Below are positions 1-12,118 of a stretch of DNA of 64,000 bases, in pieces (within the stretch, counting starts at the first letter, position 1; every line of letters begins with the position of its first letter). The position numbers and the translations under genes were made by a program. The notes beneath the pieces were generated by a model. The model did not search any database, was not told the DNA's origin, and worked only from the letters and a program-made list of their open reading frames with translations. This DNA comes from Rectinemataceae bacterium (GTDB lineage: Bacteria > Spirochaetota > Spirochaetia > Treponematales > Rectinemataceae): contig DATKVK010000062.1 in NCBI GenBank assembly GCA_035530095.1, positions 671 through 64,670 of the forward strand, given 5' to 3'.

Positions 1-125
1 TGTAGGGCCGGGCCGCCGCGGGGCCGATTTTCGCGTGTCTCCGCGTTTTCGCCGATCATCCTTCACGGAATCTTCATGTAGGCGGCCTATCCTTGCAGGC
101 AATCGATATAGCGGGAAGGTCGTGC

Positions 126-473
126 ATGAAAAAGACGGTACCCGACGAAGAACGAAGATTTCTCGAATCGGCGCTGATCGCCGTCGGGGCGCTCGTAGCG
201 GGACCGCAAGCCCAGCCCGCTCCCCTCTTTCGAGACGAGTTGTCCATGATCCTCGGCCTCCTCGACGTGCAGCGGAGCTCCGTCCGCGACGACCTCGTAT
301 CGGCCTCGCTCGAGTGGGTCGAGGAGCGCGTCTTCACGATCTTGGCCATCCACGAGATCTGCCTCGCTTTCGAGCACGAGGACGGCGTTCCCTTCCAGGA
401 ACTCTGCGAGAATCTCATCTCGCGCATAATCGCTTCGGGCGGGGCGATGAACTCGAGACCCAGCCCTCCGTGA
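126..473 (+). pseudogene. Possible remnant of a HisKA_2/HWE-type histidine kinase dimerisation region. No phospho-His motif and no ATPase domain.
   Basis: High GC3 in this frame. ATG at 126 follows a GGAAGG. The segment ILGLLDVQRSS...RVFTILAIHEICLAFEHEDGVPFQELCENLISRI resembles, by eye, the helix pair of HisKA_2 kinases. The ORF stops 38 nt before the convergent kinase gene, so there is no room for a catalytic domain. Confidence 0.25.
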
Positions 474-510
474 GCGTCGCTCTGTGGCGTCGGCCGCGGC
501 GAGGGAGCTT

Positions 511-2003
511 TCAGCCCGATGGAAGCCGAAGGGAGAAGCTCACTCCTCGGGGCCTTCCTTCGGCGGCCTCCACGTTACGCGCCTCGCAGCCGCCCTCGTG
601 CCGGGCGACTATTCCCTTCACGATCGCCAGCCCCAGCCCCGTGCCGCCGAAGCTCCGGCTCCGCGAGCCGTCGACCCTATAGTAGCTGTTCCAGATCAGC
701 TCGAGAGATTCCTCCGGGATCGGCTCGCCGGAGTTGAACAGGACCAGAGACGCGGTGCCGTCCGCCGTCCCGACGTCGATTTCGAGGCGGCGGGCCTCGT
801 CGAGGTGGGAGAGCGCGTTCGTGAGGTAGTTGACGATCGCGCGGCGGATCTTGAGCCGATCCGCGGTCACGGGGGTCGGAGCGCGGCGGAGGACCGGCTG
901 CACGCCGCGCTCGGCGAGCTTGGGGGCGAAGGAAGCGAGGACCTCGGCGGCGAGATCCCCGAGATCGAAGCCTTCCTTGCGGAGGGGAGCGAGGCCGGAC
1001 TCGAGCTGGGTGAGTTCGAGGAGGTCCCGAACCTGCATGTCCATCTTCTTGGCCTCGTCCACGATGATCGCGAGATAGGCCTCCTCGCCTTCGCGCCCGC
1101 TCGGCACTCCTTCGAGTAGGCCTTCGGCGTAGCCCAGGATGAGCGCGATGGGCGTTTTCAGCTCGTGGGAGATGCTTGAGATCAATTCCTTCCGCATCGC
1201 ATCTATGCGACGCTCCCGTTCGACATCCTCGCGGAGTCTCGCGTTGGTCGACTCGAGATCGGCCAGGGCCCGAGCCAGGCTCACCGACAGCTCGTTCAGG
1301 GTGAGGCCAAGTTCGGCGACCTCATCCTTCCGGATCGGGGAGAAATGTTGGCTGAAATCGAGCCGCGCAAGAGATCGGGAGATGGCATTGAGCCGCACGA
1401 GCGGCCGCGTGACGCTTTCGGCGAAAAAGAAGGAGAGGATTCCCCGATGGCCATGGCGGCCAGGCCCGAGAGCACCGAGAATAGCGCGGCGAGTCGGGCG
1501 CTTTCCTGTATCTGCGCGAGGGGGAAGCTCATCGCGAGAAGGGGTCCGGACGCCTGGCGCTGCAGCAGATATAGAATCCTCACGCCGAGATGCGGGTCGA
1601 CGGATTCGACGAAGCGCGGCGATCCGGGAGAGATCCGATCGTACAGCCCGCGCCACTCGTCTTCCCGGCGGCCGGGCTTGAACGGGAGCAGCCCCGGCGA
1701 GATGAAGGGCGGCGGCTCGGAGCGGGCGGAGGGGCCGGGCGGAGGGGGCGGCGGCAAGGCGCTCCTGCCCGCGTCCGAGACGACGATCGTGTAGTTCGTG
1801 ACGGCCGAGTCGTAGGCTATGCGGCCGTCCGCGTCGATGACGGTGATGTGCGCCGAAGTGGACTGTTCGAGGACGGCGAAACGGTCGATCGACGGAGCGA
1901 TGTCCGCGGGCAGGGGGCCGATGGCGGCGGCGGGACTCTCGTCGAGCCCGAGATCGCCGCGAGTTATGCGATCACGCCCAAGGTCAGGCTCGGCCTGCGG
2001 GTC
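511..2003 (-). pseudogene. Sensor histidine kinase (extracytoplasmic sensor, TM, HAMP, HisKA, HATPase_c), apparently 5'-truncated and frameshifted
   Basis: The 3' two thirds (511 to about 1440) encode an intact HAMP/HisKA (SISHELKTPIALILGYAEGL) and HATPase (GGTGLGLAIVKGIV). The upstream sensor/TM part (ITVIDADGRIAYDS...RLAALFSVLSGLAAMAIG) lies in another frame, switching at the C4 run 1442-1445. No start codon or first TM segment occurs between the in-frame stop at 2004-2006 and a TTG at 1757. Confidence 0.7.
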
Positions 2004-2189
2004 TCATATCGAAGCATCCAGGGGCTCCGCGGCGATGAGAAGCTGACCCTGACCCAGGATTACACCGTGACGAACAGCGACGGCAGCACCAGCACCTATC
2101 CCGCCGGCTACACCGAGACCTACGCGAACAGCGCGGGAGCCGCGCTCGAATATCTCGAAGTCGATCTGTCGCTCAGCTTTCAATTTTAG
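1945..2189 (+). pseudogene. 3' fragment of an outer-membrane beta-barrel protein gene
   Basis: Only the last ~80 codons of ORF 1590..2189 look protein-like: alternating beta-strand pattern (YAITPKVRLGLRVSYRS) and a terminal aromatic signature (LSLSFQF-stop). Upstream codons in the frame are antisense of the kinase sensor domain. There is no internal start codon. Confidence 0.45.
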
Positions 2190-2207
2190 GATGGCGAAGG
2201 AGACGAA

Positions 2208-2824
2208 ATGAAGAAGACGATGATGGCCGGGGCGGTCTGTGTCCTGGCGTTCGGCATGGCGGCGAAATGTCGATGGGCGGCGGCCCAGGGAGCGGCCCCG
2301 GCGGCGCTCAGCCTCCTCAAGGGGGAATGGCCTCGTCCTCGCAGGGGACTCGAGGCGCGGCTCTTCTCGGATCGGCCTACGCGCTCTCTATCGAAGGCGG
2401 AGGTTCTCGCGGAGCGCTCGCGCTGCGCGACCTCGCCGTGGTGATGGGCGGCAGCGGAACCTCGCTCGGGCCGGTCGAGGTCAACCTCGTCCTCGAGAAC
2501 AGAAGCGCTGGCGACCTGCGGGTCGACTGGGCCAAATCGAGTTTCGAGGAGGAGGGAATGAGCGAAAGACTTTTCGTCCTTTCGCAGAAATACGCCGGGG
2601 CGGGCGCGGCGGCGGCTCCGATCACGATTCCCTCGGCCGAGGCGATGGCCGAAAGCGTCCTGCCGCTGGCGCGCATGGCCGTGAACGCCTCGACCGGCCT
2701 GCCTGAGCCGACTCCGATGTCCTCCGGAACGATCCGGCTGCGCATCGTCTATAACGACACGCAGGGCTTCACGGGCGCGGACTCCTCTCTCGTTGTCCTG
2801 CTCACTCCCCTGTCTCGAGGCTGA
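2208..2824 (+). pseudogene. Secreted hypothetical protein with an apparent -1 frame break between signal peptide and body
   Basis: GGAG-preceded ATG at 2208 encodes a signal peptide (MKKTMMAGAVCVLAFGMAA) in frame 0, which stops at 2444. The 185-aa body (2267..2824) is in frame 2. Homopolymers in the overlap include G5 at 2321-2325. This could be a real frameshift or an assembly indel. Confidence 0.5.
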
Positions 2825-2891
2825 GGCCGCGGGGCTTCACGTGCCGGGGGCTCGGCGCCGCGACCCGGCACCGGGGAGGGCCGAGGCGCCC

Positions 2892-2908
2892 TGCGCATGA
2901 TGTGCGCA
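2892..2908. promoter_or_regulatory. Candidate enhancer-binding-protein site (TGCGCA-N5-TGCGCA dyad)
   Basis: Two copies of the palindromic hexamer TGCGCA spaced by 5 nt, about 215-230 nt upstream of the sigma-54 promoter. The motif GATGTGCGC recurs near 3036-3044. Confidence 0.25.
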
Positions 2909-3121
2909 TCGGTCTCCGGCGCTGCGAAGAATTTGCTCAGTCGTGACTTTTTCGGTCCTATTGCGCAGTGATCGCCGCTGCAATCTGCCGCCGGCGCCTG
3001 CGATTTCCAGCGCAAGGATTTCGGGGACGGCGCCGATGTGCGCCGCCTGCGCCGCTCGCGCGGGACGAGACAGGCTTTGCGGCGGATCCACGGGCACGCT
3101 GTAGTTCGGGCCGGGGCGTTT

Positions 3122-3137
3122 TGGCACGGAAATTGCT
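3122..3137 (+). promoter_or_regulatory. Sigma-54 (-24/-12) promoter
   Basis: TGGCAC-GGAAA-TTGCT matches the consensus TGGCAC-N5-TTGCW with correct GG-to-GC spacing. It lies 75 nt upstream of the ATG at 3212 (SD AAGGAGG at 3195-3201). A sigma-54 activator is encoded in the same operon (9459..10862). Confidence 0.6.
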
Positions 3138-3211
3138 TTAGTCCTCCTTGGGCGGGCCGCTGAAATATTCGAAACGGATAGACGGCCTGCCGGTAAGGAG
3201 GACTTCCAAGC

Positions 3212-4558
3212 ATGAAAGGCAAACCATGGGCCGCCTCGGCCCTTATGGCATCGCTCGCGCTCGCCCTGGCGGCGATACTGGGCGCCTGCTCCCGCTCCGG
3301 CTCGGCCGCGAAAGGCGAGACGTACGAGTTCGCGACGCTCGCGCGGTCGACGATACAGAGCGTCGTGACGGCCTCGGGTACGCTCTCGCCCGTGTCCGAG
3401 GTGAGTGTGCTCGCCCAGATGAGCGGCCGCGTCGAGAAGGTGTACGCCGACTACAACGACCGGGTCAGGCGGGGCCAGGTCCTCGCCGAGCTCAACACGG
3501 ACATGCTCAAGCTGCAGGAGGCCGAGGCCCAGGCCGCGGTCGGCAAGGCCCAGGCGGCCTACGATCTGCAGGCCCTCGACACGCGGAACAAGGAGACGCT
3601 CGCCGGCAAGTCGCTCGTCTCGGACTACGACCTCAAGTCGAGCCGGGCGAATCTCGCGGGCTGCACGGCCGACCTCGCCTCCGCGCGCGCCGCCCTCGAC
3701 GTGATCCAGACCGAGATCAACCAGTACGCTCGCATAAGCTCTCCCATCGACGGCATCGTGCTCGCGCGCAATGTCGATCCGGGGCAGAGCGTCCTCGAAG
3801 GCTCCAGCGCCAACGCCTCGAGCCTCTTCACGCTCGCCGAAAGCCTGTCCCGCATGGAGATCAAGGCGGAGGTGGACGAGCTCGACATCGCCTCGATCAA
3901 GCCCGGGCAGGAGGCCCGCTTCACGGTCGAGGCGATCGGCGGCAGGACCTTCGAGGGGCGGGTCAAGGAGATCCGTCTCGTGCCCGAGACCACGGACAAT
4001 GTCGTGAAGTACTACGTGATGGTCGACGCGGACAACGAGGACGGGGCCCTGCTTCCGGGCATGACGGCGGACCTCGAGTTCATCGTGGCGAAGAAGCCGA
4101 ACGTGCTCGCCGCGCCCAACGCGGCCCTGCGCTTCCAGCCCGCCAGCCTGAGCGCGTCCCAGGTCCAGGACGCGGTCTTCCGCGCGGGCCTCGACGGCCT
4201 GAGCCCCGCCCAGCGCGCCTCGGCCGAGGCCGCGAGGGTCGCGGCCCAGAAGGCGGCCGCCGCGCCCGGCACGGCGGCTTCGGGGCGGACCGGCCTCGCG
4301 GGCATCATGATGGGCGGGCAGGGGGGGCCGCCTCAGGGCTCCTCGCGCTCCGCCCAGAGCGCCCAGGCCGAGACGGCCTCGATCGCCGCGGCGTCCTCCG
4401 GCTCGGCGGACCTGAAGACGCTCTGGTACCTCGACGGCTCGGGGAAGCTCGCGGTCCACCTCGTCAGGACCGGGGTAACCGACGGGGCGAACACCGAGCT
4501 CGTGGGCGCCGACTCGCTCGAGGGCAGGCGCGTCATCGTGAAAATACAGGTGAACTGA
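3212..4558 (+). CDS. Efflux pump periplasmic adaptor (HlyD/MacA family)
   Basis: Signal/lipoprotein-like N-terminus (ALALAAILGACS), coiled-coil hairpin, lipoyl and beta-barrel motifs typical of MacA/HlyD adaptors. Directly followed by MacB-type ATPase and permease genes. Confidence 0.9.
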   Translation: MKGKPWAASALMASLALALAAILGACSRSGSAAKGETYEFATLARSTIQSVVTASGTLSPVSEVSVLAQMSGRVEKVYADYNDRVRRGQVLAELNTDMLKLQEAEAQAAVGKAQAAYDLQALDTRNKETLAGKSLVSDYDLKSSRANLAGCTADLASARAALDVIQTEINQYARISSPIDGIVLARNVDPGQSVLEGSSANASSLFTLAESLSRMEIKAEVDELDIASIKPGQEARFTVEAIGGRTFEGRVKEIRLVPETTDNVVKYYVMVDADNEDGALLPGMTADLEFIVAKKPNVLAAPNAALRFQPASLSASQVQDAVFRAGLDGLSPAQRASAEAARVAAQKAAAAPGTAASGRTGLAGIMMGGQGGPPQGSSRSAQSAQAETASIAAASSGSADLKTLWYLDGSGKLAVHLVRTGVTDGANTELVGADSLEGRRVIVKIQVN

Positions 4559-4559
4559 C

Positions 4560-5320
<761 letters not shown>

Positions 5321-5324
<4 letters not shown>

Positions 5325-6517
5325 CCGTGAGAAAACTGGCCGTCCTGTCGGCGAGGAGCATCTTCCGCAACAAGATGCGGAGCCTCCTCACCTCGCTCGG
5401 CATCATCATCGGCGTCTGCTCCGTCATCGTCATGGTGGCGGTGGGACAGGGCTCGCAGCGGCAGGTCGCCAGGCAGATCGCCTCCATGGGCACGAACCTC
5501 ATCGTGGTCATGCCGCCGCGCGGGCCGGGAGTGGGCAACAGGATCAGTCTCGCCGACGAGGCGAAACTCAAGGCGGAGTCGAGCTACCTCTCGGCCGTTT
5601 CGGGCGACGTGCGGCTGAACTCCACGAAGGTCGTGGGCGGCTCGGGCTACTGGTCGACCACGGTCATGGGCGTGGAGCCCGATTACCTGACCATCAAGCA
5701 ATGGGGCGCGGCGAGCGGTGAGTTCTTCACCGAGCGGGACGTCGCGGCGCGGAACAAGGTGGCGGTGCTGGGCTCGACGGTGGCCTCGAAGCTCTTCGAC
5801 GGCCAGGATCCGATCGGACAGCGCCTACGCATAGGCGCCACGCCCTTCACGATCATAGGCGTCATGGCGGGCAAGGGCTCGAATGCCATGGGCGATGACC
5901 AGGACGACGTGGTCCTCGTGCCCTTGACCACGGCGCTCGCCCGGCTGTCGAAGGATCCCTACCTCGGCGGCATCGAGATGAGCGCCGTGCGCTCCGATCT
6001 CATGGCCCAGGCCCAGTCCGACGTGATCGCCATCCTGCGCGAATCGCACCGGCTCGGGCGGGGGCAGGTGGACGACTTCGACGTCATGAACCAGTCCGAC
6101 ATCATCAAGACGGCCTCGCAGACCTCGAAGACCCTCACCACCCTTCTCGCCGCCATCGCGGGCGTGTCGCTCGTCGTGGGCGGGATCGGCATCATGAACA
6201 TCATGCTCGTGTCGGTGACGGAGCGCACCCGCGAGATCGGCATCCGCATGTCGGTGGGGGCGCGCAAACGCGACATCCTCATGCAGTTCCTGGCCGAGTC
6301 GACGATCCTGAGCGTACTCGGCGGCATCGTCGGCATCGCGCTGGCCCTGGGCCTGGCCTTCGGCTTGAATCGCTTCGCTGCGGTGCCGGCCGTCGTCAGT
6401 CCGGCCATCGTGGCGCTTTCGGCGGTCTTCGCGGCGGTCGTGGGCATCTTCTTCGGCTACTACCCGGCGAGAAAGGCCGCCGCCCTCTATCCCATCGACG
6501 CCCTGCGCTACGAATGA
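5321..6517 (+). CDS. ABC transporter permease, MacB-type (periplasmic core domain + FtsX)
   Basis: N-terminal TM, large extracytoplasmic domain, C-terminal FtsX-like 3-TM bundle ([22 protein letters not shown]). Four-nt overlap with the ATPase gene. Confidence 0.9.
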
Positions 6518-6527
6518 GGAGAATCAC

Positions 6528-8078
6528 ATGAGACGTACCCATACAGTTTCCTCGCCCGGGGAAAGCGCCGCGGCGATCTCGAAGGCTCGACCCCTGCGGG
6601 CCGCGGCGCGGCCGCTTGGGCTCCTCGCCGCGCTCGTTCTGCTCACGTTTCCCTTGTCGACCGTCTCGCCCCAAGGGGCGGCCGCCGGCTCCGCGGCGGC
6701 GGTATCTGCGGCGGCCCCCGCTGCCGCGCGCAGCGCCGCGGCGGGTTCGACCGCGGCCACGTACTCCCCAGGCGCCGCGGCTGAAGGGAGCGATACCGCC
6801 TCCGGGCACGAGCAGTCCGTCACGCTGCAGATGGCCAGAGCGCTGGCCGTCGAGAACTCCGCGGCCCTGGAAAAAGCCATGCTCGGGATCGATGTGGCCC
6901 GGCTCGCCGAAAAGAGCCAGTCCTACGCCTTCCTGCCCTCGGTGTCGGCCGACGCGAGCGCGGCCTTGGCCTACGGGTCGGCGACCTCCTCCTCGTCCGC
7001 TCTCGCCGGGGGGCTTTCGGCCAGCGCCGGACTCGACGTGACGCAGAAGCTCTACGACGGCGGCGCTTCGGCCATCCTCGCCGCCATCGACTCGCTATCG
7101 ACGGGAGTCGCCCGGGCGGCCGCCCGCGCCGAGTACTTCGCCCTCATCCAGAGCTGTGACGATGCCTTCTATTCGGCGCTCGAGGCCGAGGCCTCCGTGG
7201 CCGCGGCGCGGAGCGCCCTGGGCTCGGCCCAGGTTCACCGCGACTTGGCCCAGGCGCGCTTCGACTCGGGCGTCATAGCCCGGACGGACCTGCTCCTGGC
7301 CCAGGCTACGGCCGCCGCGGACGAGTCGGCGCTCGCGACGGCTCTCGAGGCCCTCGCGATAGCCCGGGCGAAACTCGCGTCGCTGACGGGCCTGCCGGAG
7401 AGCGCCGCCCTCGCGGAGGTCGACGCGGCGCGCACGGAGACTCTCATGGCGCGGCTGGGAGGGCTTACCACCGCTCAGGTCGGGGCCTTCGCGGCGAAGC
7501 TCCTCGCGCTCGCCGAAAAGAGCAATCCAACGCTGATCCAGGCGCAGCTGACGGGCGATAAGGCCGAGCGCTCGATCGCCTCGGCTCGCTCGGGCTATCT
7601 GCCCACCGTGGCCGCGACCTGGTCGAACGCGCTCGCGTACGCGGCGGCGAGCGGTTCCCCGCCCGGCTCCGGATCGCTCTCCCTGACCGCCACGATTCCG
7701 CTCGACATCTGGGCTACGAAGACGGCCGTGGACTCGGCGACCCTCTCGGCGCGGCAGGCCCGACTCGACGTCGACGAAACCCGGCGCACTCTGTCGCTCG
7801 ACCTGCGGAGCGCCGTCTACGACTGCGTGGCGCTCGCCCGCGCCTTCGCCTCCTCCTCGAAGGCGCTCGAGTACGCGACGAGCAACTACGAGGGCGTCCT
7901 CGAGCGATACCGGCTCTCGGCGGCCTCGTCCTCCGACCTTTCCGACGCCGAGGCGCTGGTCTCCTCGGACCAAACCCTCCTCATCACGGCGCGCTACGCC
8001 TTCCTCATGGGCATCTCGAGTCTTCGCGGCTACACCGCGGCCGAAAGCGACGCTGCCGTCGAGGAGGCCGTTCCATGA
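6528..8078 (+). CDS. TolC-family outer membrane efflux protein
   Basis: Signal region followed by two repeats of Ala/Leu-rich coiled-coil and beta-strand segments typical of the OEP family. Its position completes a tripartite pump. Confidence 0.85.
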   Translation: MRRTHTVSSPGESAAAISKARPLRAAARPLGLLAALVLLTFPLSTVSPQGAAAGSAAAVSAAAPAAARSAAAGSTAATYSPGAAAEGSDTASGHEQSVTLQMARALAVENSAALEKAMLGIDVARLAEKSQSYAFLPSVSADASAALAYGSATSSSSALAGGLSASAGLDVTQKLYDGGASAILAAIDSLSTGVARAAARAEYFALIQSCDDAFYSALEAEASVAAARSALGSAQVHRDLAQARFDSGVIARTDLLLAQATAAADESALATALEALAIARAKLASLTGLPESAALAEVDAARTETLMARLGGLTTAQVGAFAAKLLALAEKSNPTLIQAQLTGDKAERSIASARSGYLPTVAATWSNALAYAAASGSPPGSGSLSLTATIPLDIWATKTAVDSATLSARQARLDVDETRRTLSLDLRSAVYDCVALARAFASSSKALEYATSNYEGVLERYRLSAASSSDLSDAEALVSSDQTLLITARYAFLMGISSLRGYTAAESDAAVEEAVP

Positions 8079-8127
8079 CATTGCGCGACCCGGGCGAGTC
8101 TCGGTAGGATCGAGGGAGAGGCGGAGC

Positions 8128-9458
8128 ATGAACAGAAGCGTCATTTCGATCGGCATCGCGCTCTTCGCCTTCGCGGCCCTCACCGCGGCGGACCTTGCCG
8201 TCTTCCGCGGCATGGCAGAGCGCAATAGGCTCGAGAGCCGCAACGGCGCCGAGCGCACCATGAACGTCCTCTTCTCCAGCCTGCGCGATTACGAGAATTT
8301 CGGCTCCGCCATCCAGGCCATCCCCGAGCTCTCCGCCAAGGTGATCGGCGTGGGGGCCTACGCCTCCGACGGGCGCGCGCTCTACGCCTGGGGCCGCGTG
8401 CCCGCGCGATTCGCCGATACGGGGCTCTCCTCGGGCGATCGCGGCGAGCAGGTGCGGAAGTATCTCGAGAATTCCGCCCACGACTCGCTCATCCTCCTCC
8501 TCGGACCGGGCCCGGGCGGGCACCCCCCGCCGCGCGACGAGGGGAGACCCAGGGACGAGGAGCACTCCTTCTTCTTCACGACCCTCCACGACGCCGCGGT
8601 CGTCTACCTCGAGATTTCCGAGAGCGGCTATTGGCGGCAGCGGCGCGTGCAGGCATTCCTCCTCCCGGTGGTCGAGGCGGCGCTCCTCGTCCTCGTCGCC
8701 TTCGTCCGCTCCCTCGTCCTGCGCAACGGCGAGTACCGGCGCCGCATCGAGGAGCAGAGGAATCTCGTGATCCTCGGCACGGCCGCCAGCACGCTCGCCC
8801 ACGAGATCAAGAATCCCCTCCTGTCGATTCGACTCCAGACGGGCATCCTCGAGAAGACCGCGCCCGGGGCGCGCCGCGAGATCGACATCATCAACGACGA
8901 GGTGGAGCGGCTCTCGGCCCTGAGCCGCCGCGTCGGCGACTATCTCCGCGACCCGGCGGGCAGCGCGCGCCCCGTCGACGCCGCCCGGATCGCCGCCGAG
9001 CTGGGGCTGCGCCGTTGCGGCCGCGAGCTCCTGACGGAGCGCTCCTCGCGCGCGATTCCGGCCTTCGTCGACCCGGAGCGCCTGCGCTCGATCCTTGAGA
9101 ACCTCCTGCAGAACGCGCTGGAGTCGGGCGGTAGCGAGGAGGGCATAGCCTTCGACATCTTCGAGTCCGAGCGGCGCGTCGAGATCGACGTCCTCGACCG
9201 CGGCCCGGGCGTTCCGCCCGAGAGCCGCGAGCGCGTCTTCGACCCCTTCTACACGACGAAGAGCCGCGGCTCGGGCATCGGTCTCGCGATCTGCCGGCGA
9301 TTCGCCCTGGCGGCCGGAGGAACGATCTCGATCGAGGGGCGCGAGGGCGGCGGCGCCCGCGCGCGGCTGCGGCTCCCGGCCGCGCCTCGGGACGGAGAGG
9401 CCGAGCGGGACCGGCGCGCGGGACCGGAGGCGGGCGGCGGCGAGGCGGGAGGTTCCAG

Positions 9459-9462
<4 letters not shown>
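8128..9462 (+). CDS. Sensor histidine kinase (NtrB/AtoS-like)
   Basis: Two TM segments flank a ~170-aa extracytoplasmic domain. H-box LAHEIKNPLLSI; N, G1 and G2 boxes (LLQNALES, DRGPGV, GSGIGLAI). Confidence 0.85.
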
Positions 9463-10862
<1,400 letters not shown>

Positions 10863-11092
10863 GAATCTCGCGCTCTCGAATCGCGGAGCAGGGCGGGTCC
10901 TGCCAGGTGCGAATCCAGGGCGATTACGCGATAGCTCCATCGCCCCCGCCTCGAACCTGTCACCCGCCGCCCTGCAATGCGGATCGAAAGTGCGACATGT
11001 CCAGGCCATCCAGGCGGCCGTTCGTGAGCAGTCGCTGGGAGCGCGCGTGTCGCCGCTGCACCCTGTCGCTCGCTTCGATCGCCGCTTCCGGC

Positions 11093-11121
11093 TTCTGAAG
11101 GAGCGCAAGCCGTGCTATACT
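11093..11121 (+). promoter_or_regulatory. Candidate sigma-70 promoter TTCTGA-17-TATACT
   Basis: The -10 hexamer ends 10 nt before the ATG at 11132 and there is no SD in between. Confidence 0.3.
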
Positions 11122-11131
11122 GGCCCCTTCC

Positions 11132-12118
11132 ATGAAGAAAGCCGCCTGGGTACTCGCCATAGTCTTCGGTCTCGTCTTCGTCGGCGCGACACTCCTCAAC
11201 GCCGACCTCATCGTCAAGAGCCGCGAGGCTCTGGCGCACGGGGTCTCCCTGTCGCCCTCTTCGGCGAAGCCGGAGCGCTACCAGGTCATAGCCGTGATGC
11301 CGGACACCGACGATTCCTTCTTCCGCGGGCTGCTGGACGGGATCAGGACCGGCGCCTCCTCGGCCGACGCGGCGATCCAGGTCTTCCGCTACCCCGGCGC
11401 CTCCTCGGCCGACGCCGAGCGCTACTTCGAGATCGCCCTCCTCGCCAAGGTCGACGGCCTCATCATGTACACGCCGCGCAACGACCGCGTGTCGGACCGC
11501 TCGGAGCGGGCCGCCCGCTCGGGCGTCGTCTTCATCCCGGTCGGCACGGACGCCCCCGACGGCGGCAGGCTCAATTTCATCGGCTCGGGCTCCCTCCTCC
11601 AGGGCTTCGAGGGCGGCAGGATCATCTGCTCGGCGCTGGGCACCTCCGCCCGCATAGGCGTGATACTTCCCGCCACGAGCACGGGCGACATGCGCGACGA
11701 GCTTCTCTACCGCGGCGTCGACTCGGCCGTGAAAACCTTCCCCGGGGCCGCCATCGCCTCGGTCGTGCGGGCCAGGCCGGGCATCCTCTCGGGCGAGGAG
11801 GCCGCGGCGCGCATGCTCCGCACCGCCCCGGCCGTGAACGCCATCTTCTGCTCGAACGCCCAGGACACGGAAGGGGCGGCCCAGGTGGTCGTCGACGCGA
11901 ACCGCGTGGGCAGCGTCTTCATCGTCGGCGCCGACGAGACTCCCGACATAGACCACTACATCGACAAGGGCGTGGTGGGCGCGAGCATAGTCCGCGACTC
12001 GCGGCGCATCGGGCTGGACGCGATGCTCGCCTTCACGCGGCTCAAGGACGGCAAGGGGCCGAGCGACGCCGTCGAGGTCGGCTTCACGGTCAAGCGCGCC
12101 GCGGGGGAGGGCAATTGA
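11132..12118 (+). CDS. Membrane-anchored periplasmic sugar-binding domain protein (PBP1/LacI-type fold), sensor accessory
   Basis: N-terminal TM anchor (AAWVLAIVFGLVFVGATLL) and a type-1 periplasmic-binding fold. Four-nt overlap with the downstream kinase gene. Confidence 0.75.
   Translation: MKKAAWVLAIVFGLVFVGATLLNADLIVKSREALAHGVSLSPSSAKPERYQVIAVMPDTDDSFFRGLLDGIRTGASSADAAIQVFRYPGASSADAERYFEIALLAKVDGLIMYTPRNDRVSDRSERAARSGVVFIPVGTDAPDGGRLNFIGSGSLLQGFEGGRIICSALGTSARIGVILPATSTGDMRDELLYRGVDSAVKTFPGAAIASVVRARPGILSGEEAAARMLRTAPAVNAIFCSNAQDTEGAAQVVVDANRVGSVFIVGADETPDIDHYIDKGVVGASIVRDSRRIGLDAMLAFTRLKDGKGPSDAVEVGFTVKRAAGEGN

Noticed and set aside
1590-2189. The 199-aa ORF taken as a complete gene.
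   Set aside because: Only the last ~80 codons look like protein (beta-barrel C-terminus). The first ~120 codons are the antisense of the kinase sensor domain. It is treated as a 3' fragment instead.
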